A stretch of 64,000 nt of DNA, from the NCBI GenBank assembly GCA_024346625.1, contig AP024664.1, positions 372,001 to 436,000 on the forward strand, read 5' to 3'. Origin of the DNA: Williopsis jadinii. Its lineage: Eukaryota. Positions 24,506-33,754 of the stretch are shown one piece after another. The position numbers and the translations under genes were made by a program. The notes beneath the pieces are model-generated. The model did not search any database. It had not been told where the DNA came from and worked only from the letters and a program-made list of their open reading frames with translations. Position 1 is the first letter of the stretch. Each line of letters opens with the position of its first letter.

Positions 24506-26019
24506 ATGTCTACAATTACCATCACATCTCCTTCCGGAAGGGAAATCACCTTCAATACTGGCTTGTTCATTAACAATGAGTTCAGGCCAGCAAGAAATGA
24601 CAACACATTGACTACGCCAGATCCGTCTACAGGCAATGACTTGGCCACCATCAGTGCTGCCACTGCTGAGGATGTCGATGACGCCGTTAAGGCTGCAAGA
24701 GCTGCATTTGAGCATACATGGGGTAAGAAGAGTACACCGGCTCTCAGAGCTAGTTGTATCAACAAATGGGCAGATTTGATTGAAGAAAATATCGACACGC
24801 TTGCCGAGTTGGAGAGCTTGGACAATGGCAAGCCAGTGTGGATGGCAAAGGACATCGATATTCCAGACAGTGTTGCATGTCTTCGTTATTACGCAGGACT
24901 TGCCGACAAGATTGAAGGGAAGACCATCGAGCAAGTAGAAGGTGTTAAGATGGCCTTCACCAGAGCAGAGCCAATTGGTGTGTGTGGTCAAATCATTCCA
25001 TGGAACTACCCAATTCAAATGTTCTCCTGGAAGGTTGGTGCTGCGTTGGCTGCCGGTAACACCATCGTCATGAAGCCTGCTGAACAGACTCCACTGAGTG
25101 CTTTGCTCGTTGCTGAGCTTTCTGCAAAGGCTGGCTTCCCACCAGGTGTTATCAACATCGTCAATGGTCTTGGTGCTGTTACTAGTCAAGCAATCTCGAG
25201 CCACACAGACATTGACAAGCTCACATTTACTGGTTCTACAATCACTGGTTGTCGTATCATGGAATCTGCTGCCACGAGCAATTTGAAGAGAGTCTCCTTG
25301 GAACTCGGTGGTAAGTCTCCAGTTGTTGTGTTTGACAACATTGACATTGAAGACACTGCCAACTGGGTTGCCACTGCCATTTTGTTCAACCACGGACAAG
25401 ATTGTTGTGCAGCTTCTCGTCTGCTTGTCCAGGATACCATCAAGGACAAGTTCCTTGCTAAGCTAAAGGAGAACTTTGAGAGCTATGTCATTGGTGATCC
25501 GTTTGATATCAAGACGTACCAGGGACCACAAGTTTCAAAGCTTCAGCAGCAGAAGGTTCTGTCCTACATTCAATCTGGTATCGAGGTGCTACGGTGTTGA
25601 CTGGTGGGCCAGAGAAGTTCAGGAATGGCTTCTACTGTCCACCAACCATTTTTGTTGACTGTAAGCAGGGAATGAAGACTGTTGATGAGGAAATCTTCGG
25701 TCCTGTTCTCACGGTGCAAACCTTCACCACTGAGGAAGAGGCTGTCGAACAGGCTAACAACACGGCTTACGGACTTGGTGCTGGTGTCTTCTCCAAAGAT
25801 GCCAGTCAATGTATGCGTATGGTCCATGCCCTCAACGCTGGCACCGTTTGGTGTAACCAGTATGTTTCTCTGAGTCCAGCTGTTCCATTTGGTGGCATGA
25901 AGCAATCCGGCTTTGGTAGAGAGTTGGGAATTGAAGGCTTGAAAGAGTACACCGTTACCAAGGCTATCCATTGGAACTATGGAGAGAAGGCACAATGGCC
26001 AGTCGATGGTACCACGTGA
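24506..26019 (+). pseudogene. NAD(P)+-dependent aldehyde dehydrogenase interrupted by one frameshift near 25585 (broken allele or assembly error)
   Basis: ORF1 has IIPWNYP, KPAEQTP, FTGST, LELGGKSP (catalytic Glu) and GQDCCA (catalytic Cys). ORF2 continues with TGG...EEIFGPV...YGLGAGV...PFGGMKQSGFGRELG. Junction reads ATC GAG GT GCT ACG GTG TTG. Confidence 0.88.
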
Positions 26020-26064
26020 GTTTTATACCGTTAAATAACTATACAACAAAGAGAGCAAACATGC

Positions 26065-27600
26065 TTATTTCGGCTTACCCTTTGGACCCCAATTCTTTGT
26101 AGGATTCTCCTGGTATCTAATGATCTTCAACTTTCTCAGCTTCTCAACCTTCTTACTCAGCTCATTCAGCTCAAAGGACACCTTAGCATCGTCGTCTACT
26201 TTAACATCTGCATTGGTCATGATCTTATAACCAGCGGTGTTCTCGTTCATCTTTGAAATGTCCTTTTGTTCCTTTTCAACAACATATGACTTGAAGATAG
26301 CCCATATCACTCTCCAAGGAGCATTCGTCTTCACAGCACTTGGAATGGCGTGTGTTAGTGATGCATCATAACCCAAGTTTCCCAATGCTGCAATCACTGA
26401 TTTCAATGGAGGAACTTGGAACTTCAGAATAGAAGACACCTTTTCCGGTTTGAAATAGAACGGAGCCTCAATTTCATTCTTGGCCAACGTCAGCATACCT
26501 TCAATTCTCTTTCTTGTCTTGTAGGTCTCATCATCAACCTTCTCGTTCAATTCCAAAACCTTTGAAATGAAGTTGTCATTTTGCAGCTTGCCAATGTACA
26601 TGGGACCAGCAACATGGTTAACATACCCACAATAGGAGCAGTGCGAGCCAACACAGGATCCCTGTGCTAGTCCAAACTTCTTTGAGCCGTTGTCCCTCAC
26701 AGTGACTTTCCCCAAAGGTTGAAGCTCTGTAGCACCACAACCTGAACACATGTAGACAGAGCCGGTCTTGGAGGCCAACTCCTTGACTTCAATTGGGCTC
26801 GTCTTCACCTTGATGAACAGTCTAACGTAGAAATCAATGGAGAGGCACAACATTGGCTCAATTGACTTTCTATACTTCGCAGCAGTGTTGCCAATCATTC
26901 CCAGCACCAATCTCAACGCAGCTTCATGGCTAGCATCGTGGTTGATCATCGCAGAGCCTCCATAGAGAGCAAAGCATTTCTCTGGATACCCACCACCGGC
27001 CAGCACAGCCAAATCTGTGCAAGTGACAAGCAACAGTCCATCTTCGCCTATACTTTGGATCGCAGCGTCTATGAATGGAGATGCTGTTCCATAAGGGTCC
27101 AAGTCGATGACGTTGAAGTGTTTCCCCTTGAAGTTCGACTCGTGCATCACGGCATTGGCATCTCCTCTGTTTGGCTTAACAACCTGTGAGACGTTGTTAT
27201 GCTCAACGTTTCTCACTATGGATCTGACAGCATCTTCAGAAAAGTCGTTGGCTACTACTGACGACACCTTGGGGATCTCCTTAGCGTAACGAATGGCACG
27301 CAAGCCAGAGGCACTCAGCGCCTCCAGGATCGAAATGTAAGGCTTATCACTGTCAACCTGGTCTGTGTCACGCTTGCGCTTCTTGCTCACCAGAGCATCG
27401 CCGTACAGCTCAGACCAGGCACGAATGGACAGCACTGACAAGTCTCTGTTGAACTGCTGAACCGGGTTGTAGAACACATCCTCTTTCTTAGGAAAGAGAA
27501 TGGTGGCACTTCCCTCAGTGACAGGCGTAAACTCGCCCAACGCTTCTTGCTCTGACATCTTGAACCACCGAAGAAACGTCCTCAGAGGCCTAAATCTCAT
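26065..27600 (-). CDS. TRM1: tRNA (guanine26-N2,N2)-dimethyltransferase, 511 aa
   Basis: VFYNPVQQFNRDLS, LEALSASGLRAIRY, IDLDPYG and LSIDFYVR motifs; C-terminal RYQENPTKNWGPK. Confidence 0.97.
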   Translation of the reverse strand: MRFRPLRTFLRWFKMSEQEALGEFTPVTEGSATILFPKKEDVFYNPVQQFNRDLSVLSIRAWSELYGDALVSKKRKRDTDQVDSDKPYISILEALSASGLRAIRYAKEIPKVSSVVANDFSEDAVRSIVRNVEHNNVSQVVKPNRGDANAVMHESNFKGKHFNVIDLDPYGTASPFIDAAIQSIGEDGLLLVTCTDLAVLAGGGYPEKCFALYGGSAMINHDASHEAALRLVLGMIGNTAAKYRKSIEPMLCLSIDFYVRLFIKVKTSPIEVKELASKTGSVYMCSGCGATELQPLGKVTVRDNGSKKFGLAQGSCVGSHCSYCGYVNHVAGPMYIGKLQNDNFISKVLELNEKVDDETYKTRKRIEGMLTLAKNEIEAPFYFKPEKVSSILKFQVPPLKSVIAALGNLGYDASLTHAIPSAVKTNAPWRVIWAIFKSYVVEKEQKDISKMNENTAGYKIMTNADVKVDDDAKVSFELNELSKKVEKLRKLKIIRYQENPTKNWGPKGKPK

Positions 27601-27648
27601 ACAATATGAGTGCTTCTCACGGGTATTAATTGTGCTCTTTGGAAAGCG

Positions 27649-27695
27649 TGAAATTTTTCACTTTTTTCCCTGCGCTCGAGGCCCGCTGCGATGAG
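27649..27695. promoter_or_regulatory. RRPE and PAC elements in the TRM1/SWF1 divergent promoter
   Basis: TGAAATTTTTCA at 27649-27660 (TGAAAAATTT on the minus strand) and GCGATGAG at 27688-27695. Confidence 0.7.
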
Positions 27696-27769
27696 GTTGA
27701 GATTCCTTCATCACATCGCCAGTCTTGACGAGGATAAAAGCTCTTCGAGGCCACTACTCTGTGTTAATA

Positions 27770-28858
27770 ATGAGAATATCACAGTGGCTGAGGATGAAAT
27801 TGCTGCTTTTGACGGTTCTTGTGAGCCCGTTCATCATAATTGGGCTGATGCTCTTGGCCAGGTGAGTTCGCTGTAAGTAGACGTGCCAGTAGGGTACTAA
27901 CACACTCTCGCATGTTGAAAGTAACCATAGAACTACTCTTGTGAGACACTATAACCATTGGAAACTCCAGTTCCTCCGAGCAGAAGAGAGGCTGTGTGGT
28001 GGCCACCTTATATCAGCAGCTAGATTTGCACTGTCGTGGTGTGTGCCTGTGTTGTACGCCACGCTGTTCATAGTGTTGGTTACTATCTTCTTCAGGCATA
28101 CATACCACAAGGTCCCAGATCCACACCCAGTGCTGTACACAGCACTGCTGGCAGCATTGGCAGTGACTTTTATCCTTGCGGTGTTCAAGCCACCTATATA
28201 TCATTCACCTCTCCACCCACATGTGTGGAGACATGACAATCTGATCTTCTTCCCCAGCGAGTGTGCGACATGTGGCTTCCAGAGACCTCCAAGGTCACGG
28301 CACTGTCGATACTGTGGCCACTGTATGGTGCTGTACGACCACCATTGTATTTGGTTGAATAACTGTGTTGGATTGGGCAATTACCAGTGGTTCTATTCGT
28401 TTCTGCTAATGAACGTTATCGATATGACATATGGACTCGTCATCGTCGGAGCTGTGCTCTACGACGAATGGCAGGGCTGGCATCGCCTGGAGAGCTGTAA
28501 GGTGGAAATGGCTCTATGCTTCTTATTGGCGAGTTTTGACGTTCTGGTGATTTGGTTTACACATGTCCAGTACGTGCTCGTCAGGGATGGAATGACAACG
28601 ACAGAGTTGACGAAATGGGAATTGATCCACGATCTGGTACATTCGAAGACGCTTTATGAATTGAATGGTGTCTACTTTGAATACTTGGCTGATGAGGATG
28701 TGTTCGTCAGCGTCAACCAGAGGGATAACACCATACGGCACGTCAATAGAAACTCACTGAAACAAGTTACAGACATAAAGGACATCGTCAACATCTACGA
28801 TTTGGGCTCATGGAAGAAAAACTTTAGAGAGAGGCTATATACCGAGCCTTTTCAATAG
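27770..28858 (+). CDS. SWF1: DHHC palmitoyltransferase Swf1, 2 exons (27770-27861; 27931 or 27922 to 28858)
   Basis: CATCGFQRPPRSRHCRYCGHCMVLYDHHCIWLNNCVG (DHHC-CRD), TTTE and NIYDLG motifs. An upstream exon supplies the ATG and first TM helix. Near TRM1 as in S. cerevisiae. The start could instead be 27794. Confidence 0.85.
27862..27930 (+). other. SWF1 intron
   Basis: GTGAGT at 27862, TACTAAC at 27895-27901, acceptors AAG (27921) or TAG (27930); both are in frame. Confidence 0.85.
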
Positions 28859-29572
28859 TAGTGGATTGATTTCAACTTTCACCACTGTTCTCTCGTTGTG
28901 TTGTTGTGGTGAGTGTAGCGTTTGGCCTGTAGTGTTTGATGTAGTGAATCTGCCCTGTAATATTGTCGATGCTGCATGCTTAGACAACGACAAAGGACCC
29001 TTGGACAAGCTGTACTTCCCTATATAGTTGACCTCTGCTATGAACGGCGTTGTGGCACGTTGAATGGATTTGCAAAACCCCTTGAATGTGGCATCAGTGG
29101 GAGGTTGTGCCGGCTTCGTATTCACCAACCCTCTTTGGAACTTCACCTTTGAGTCCATCTTCTTCAGTTTGAACGTTAGTGGCTCCAGCTCTCCTTCTGG
29201 AGGCTCATCGTAGTGCACAATTCTTCGTTTCCTCCTCGTCTTTTCCGATGGCTTGGTGCATGGAGGATTTACAGAGTGGCTTTCCTCATCTCCCAACACT
29301 ACGTGCCATTGTATATCGATGTCACCTATTAAATCACGCACACCACTGACCACTCTGAGGCCCTCAGATCCACTCGCCACATCCTCATCATCTCTGATGT
29401 CGTCTACGCTGGGGCTGACGAATTTAAACCTCTTCTGCCTGGTGCTTCTGAACCCATGGCTCGTATGGACATCCTCATCATCACCACGGTAGACGTTATC
29501 GTACGATATGTTAGAGGCACCAGAACTCGCATACACAGTCCCAGGCCCTCTACACTTGCCGACACCGTACAT
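28835..29572 (-). CDS. Hypothetical protein, 245 aa
   Basis: ATG-initiated 738-nt ORF mostly in otherwise intergenic space, with basic clusters. No recognisable family. Confidence 0.55.
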   Translation of the reverse strand: MYGVGKCRGPGTVYASSGASNISYDNVYRGDDEDVHTSHGFRSTRQKRFKFVSPSVDDIRDDEDVASGSEGLRVVSGVRDLIGDIDIQWHVVLGDEESHSVNPPCTKPSEKTRRKRRIVHYDEPPEGELEPLTFKLKKMDSKVKFQRGLVNTKPAQPPTDATFKGFCKSIQRATTPFIAEVNYIGKYSLSKGPLSLSKHAASTILQGRFTTSNTTGQTLHSPQQHNERTVVKVEINPLLLKRLGI

Positions 29573-31346
29573 TCTTCACCTTGACACCTGGTCCCCGGTA
29601 CACCACAGAGAGAGCCCACTCGGCCATAGGAATAACAACAATCTCACCAAGAAGTGAAGAGTTGATGATGGAAGCACTGGTTGGCGTTGCCCGGGAAACG
29701 CAATGAAAGGGAAAACAAGAACACGATTACATAAGCTATTAGTCATCCAAAGCCTCTCCCGCGGCCTGCAAAGCAATTTCGTCCTGAAACCACGGTTACC
29801 GAAACAGAATGTGAAACCGAGGCGATAGGTTTTATGCATAATTGCATACGTCGATCCGCTCATTTCAACTAAGAGCTGGGCCCATTAAACGCCTTTGCCA
29901 TAGTTTCATTGCCATTCTGCCTTGGCTCCCTTTGTTTATAGCTAGCTGGGTTGGGTTGGCTTCCAAATTGCAAGCCCACTGGCTCTAGTTTCGTCTCTTG
30001 TGGGTGCCATCAGCGTACGACGAGGCTAATGTATCTACACTTGAACTGGCATATCATGATGTTTCAGGAGGAGACTGTTTACCCTGAACTGGCTGTTTTT
30101 TCTTCATCCCTTAACGCCCATGGATTATCGTTGCTGAGATAATGGTACCTGCAGATCTCTGTGGTTTTACATAGCTCTATATACGATTTTTTACGGTTTC
30201 CATCGTCACAAGTGTTGTCATGACTCAATTCGAGAATGAGGCGTGATGGCTATACACTTAGCCTGCATTTGAACGCCGAAGAGGTGTGTGTATAGCTGTT
30301 ACATTGTTGACACAGCAAAAGAGATATAAAGGGGTGGTTCTAGACCATGGCATTTATCAATCTCGTGAGGCCAACCACACTTGACATGCCTGAGCATTGA
30401 GCAGTAAAGCAGTAAGCAATGAGTAGTAGGCAGCGGAAAATAAGTAGTAAATAGGGGGTTTCTGTTCGGACCAGCACTGCTGAATGGTACTAACTTGGTC
30501 CTCTGGTGTCCCATTACAAACGCACGAGCCTTGAAACGCTTTGATGTATAGTTTTACAGATTTCCGAAAGCTCAAACAGGACTCGATCACTGGATGGACA
30601 GGGTTGTTTTGTTCCCTCAGCAATTGGGTTCATGGCTTCGACACCTGGAGATTTAGAACTACAAGAGCCTTTGGTCCCAAATGATCCGAGATATGCCAAA
30701 AGAACCAATGCATTGATGTGTCCTTTGCTTGTGAGGCGAAGTCTAATGTCCATTGCAGGTACTATGCTGCCTCCTCTCTGATAATATTAATAACCTTCAG
30801 CTTAGGCGTTGTGGGGGACATCCTTGCCAACTGCTGAGACCAAATCGTGGCTCTGTATAAGTGATGACTCGTAATGCCAGTACAGAGTTGTACAAATGAA
30901 CAAAGTACATACAAAACGTGCGAGTTGAAGTTGAGAACGATACATCGCTGAGTGGCTGTTATGATGAAATTCACCAGGCAACAAACTGTGGTACGGTCTG
31001 TGCATATGACCCAATCTGAAGAATTACGACTGGTGTGTGATTCGAGGACAAAAAGCACAAATATGTACACACACATACGTTATACATATATGCATAGACA
31101 CCATACATGCTATAGCATAGTTCAAGAGTTACACAGTGCCTACCTGGCCCTACGTGATTGTGTGTGTGTACAATAATAAATACGCTGCTCCCATATTGCA
31201 CAGATGTACGCACTCCGATTCCCTATACCTCAGTACATCTTATATACCGGTAGATTTCCGTTATGGGCTTCTGGGCATTTTCTATGAAGTGCAGAGATAT
31301 CACTACATAACCAATTCGTCAGTTTGAGTGCAAAGCTGCTCCTGAT

Positions 31347-33026
31347 ATGGACTTTAATAGACCAGAAGATGGGGAAAAAAGTGCACCACCATCTGGTCGA
31401 ATGATGGAGAGTTGGCAACAGGCGTTGTTCGAGAGAGACAGGGCCATTGAAGAACTGAGCAGAACAAATCAATTCCTCAAGTCCCAAAACGATGCGTTGA
31501 CAAATCTGTTGACCAATCGTACATCAGGCTTAGGTCTTCCGACGGTTATGGACCTTGGATATAGATTAGAACAGGATAAGCTATTTTCGTTGAAGAGGTT
31601 CACCATAGACTGCTTGCCAGTTAGAGGTGTATGTTCTGTGCTAAAGAGACAGTACTTTATGACGATGGCTTCCTTGGACAACGTCATTGATCCAATAACC
31701 TTTGATAGGGAGTATGAGACTATGTGGTCCAACATCATAGGCCACAGGATGGCTCCTCTGGACTTGAACTTTATGGCACTCGTACTAATAGTCATTGCGA
31801 TTGCACTGCGGACTTCACCAGAGGATATGATACTTAGCAGTGAGGTACTACTGAGACACTGGAGAACACCAGAAAGTGTCCATTCTAGTTGTACACAATG
31901 GTTTAGCACTTCAAGACAGGTGCTTTCCTTTTACCACGTTGACGATATGGTTAGACACCAAGTCCTTTCTCTACAGACCCTTTTTTGTCATTTAACGTGT
32001 GATTACTTATCCATGGACCAGTTGATATCACAGAGAGCATTTGAAAGCATGTCTATAGGGCTGGATGATCCAAGAGTTTCCAAATTTGGTGGACAAGGAA
32101 GGCTTCTATGGTGGGAACTATGTTTTATTGATACTGAGAGGTCACTGCTGACAGGTAAAGATCCTCGTATAAGGAGTTATAGATCACAGGTACCTATTGA
32201 TACATTCGACAAGGGTAGCTATGCAGTGAAATTGGAGACAGACTTTCCCGTATACTACTCAGAGCAGTGCAAGATCATCAATCGAGTATTTGAGATTGAT
32301 CCTATGGAACAATCATCTAAGAAGTTGGAACTGCTGTTAGACATTGATCAAAAGCTCGTGGATCATTATAACAGTGTGAATTCCAAGCAGAGCATCCAAA
32401 AGAACAAAGCAAGCCGATTCCATAAAAACATATTCCACTTAAAGGTCAATATCCACAGGTATAGGTTATTCGAGAGCTTCCTGGAACACAGGATCCCAGT
32501 GTGTATGGAGATATGTTATATCGTTTGCAGAGAAATGTTTAACGCCTACAAAGAGTTGAAGCAGAGGTTCATAGCGAGCCAGGACCCAATGTTCATACCA
32601 CAGCTGCCACATTTAATCCACGGGGCCATCATCCTCAACGCATGCCTACTCTACCATCCGGAGCTGAAAGACAAAGAACGGGAGTTGTTGATCGAGGACT
32701 CCAACATGGTAAGGAACGATATCGGATCCATATCCTGCTTCGTGCCTTTACAGTGTGTTACAGAAGGGAAGGAGATCTTGGAAAAGATGAGCTCATCAGC
32801 TACTGGCTGCTCGTCTGCGGTGGAACCACTGATGACGGAGAGAAGAGCCTCGTCGTCCTCAAAGACAGGGCTCAGCTCGTTAATCCATCACACCCCGGAC
32901 AGGGCACTCGACAGTAGTGTCGAGACTTCAGAAGACACGAAACCAAAGTTCGCTCAACCCATCGACGTGCAGCCACAGGAAGATTGGAGACGGCTCTTTG
33001 GCCGTTTCTTCGCTGGCTACGTATAG
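31347..33026 (+). CDS. Fungal transcription-factor-domain protein (middle homology region), no Zn2Cys6 motif visible, 559 aa
   Basis: N-terminal heptad coiled coil; 'GRLLWWELCFIDTERSLLTGKDPRI' fits the Fungal_trans motif; 'IHRYRL' in the C-terminal half. Confidence 0.7.
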   Translation: MDFNRPEDGEKSAPPSGRMMESWQQALFERDRAIEELSRTNQFLKSQNDALTNLLTNRTSGLGLPTVMDLGYRLEQDKLFSLKRFTIDCLPVRGVCSVLKRQYFMTMASLDNVIDPITFDREYETMWSNIIGHRMAPLDLNFMALVLIVIAIALRTSPEDMILSSEVLLRHWRTPESVHSSCTQWFSTSRQVLSFYHVDDMVRHQVLSLQTLFCHLTCDYLSMDQLISQRAFESMSIGLDDPRVSKFGGQGRLLWWELCFIDTERSLLTGKDPRIRSYRSQVPIDTFDKGSYAVKLETDFPVYYSEQCKIINRVFEIDPMEQSSKKLELLLDIDQKLVDHYNSVNSKQSIQKNKASRFHKNIFHLKVNIHRYRLFESFLEHRIPVCMEICYIVCREMFNAYKELKQRFIASQDPMFIPQLPHLIHGAIILNACLLYHPELKDKERELLIEDSNMVRNDIGSISCFVPLQCVTEGKEILEKMSSSATGCSSAVEPLMTERRASSSSKTGLSSLIHHTPDRALDSSVETSEDTKPKFAQPIDVQPQEDWRRLFGRFFAGYV

Positions 33027-33600
33027 TTTCGTCTCCTAGCTCTTAGCCGTCTGTACATAATCAACGTCTTCACACTGCATAATACCCTTCTTGCCAAGGA
33101 CCAGCTCCTCTCAACGCCTTTCTTAGGAAGGCGTGATTGGAACGTCCAGCTAGACAAACCCAATCTTCAGCTCAGGAGGTATCTGCAACGACCTGAAACC
33201 TAGGAGATTGCAGCCAGATCTTCCATAACGTTGCTATAAAACAACGTGATCACCGCAGATGAGCCCGTATACCCTTAAGTCACGTGACACAGATAGCAAT
33301 TTCATTTCAGGGTCCTCCAATGTGTGTGTGTGTTTTTTGTTCACAATTACGCTGGAAACTCAGCCAACAGCAGCAGCACAGCACAAACCGACAGCCCCCC
33401 CAAATCCTTTCATCCCTCGCTTCCTCTGTTGATATTCCAAGCTGCTTATACCAATTGCGACGACAGGTGGACGTCAGTGTAAACTAATCGGCTCCATTGG
33501 AAGAAAACGACGAACTACAAGGGAACGATAGAGTTAGAGTGTTCCTTTTGTTCTACTTTCTCACCAACAAATAGCTGTTCATCGCTGCCTAATTTTCTCC

Positions 33601-33644
33601 GCCCAGCCTAAGCCCCAGCCCAGCGCAGCCAAGCCCAGCCCAGC
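33601..33644 (+). repeat. Degenerate (CCCAG)n pentamer repeat upstream of NHA1
   Basis: gcccagcctaagccccagcccagcgcagccaagcccagcccagc. Confidence 0.7.
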
Positions 33645-33754
33645 TCGCAAGGAGAACCTCAGAGGGAAGAGAAAAAAACAGCCAGTGGGAGGGCTTCTAG
33701 CGGAAGAACTTTGATATCAACAGAGCCTACTGGAGAGAGTACGGTGAAGAAAGC

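Noticed and set aside
22957..25399. Long antisense ORFs (273 aa and 338 aa) over the aldolase and ALDH
   Set aside because: Typical shadow ORFs opposite codon-biased genes; no motifs of their own.
25578..25600. Programmed ribosomal frameshift or intron in the ALDH
   Set aside because: No slippery heptamer or known +1 site, and no room for an intron with branch point; a simple indel is more parsimonious.
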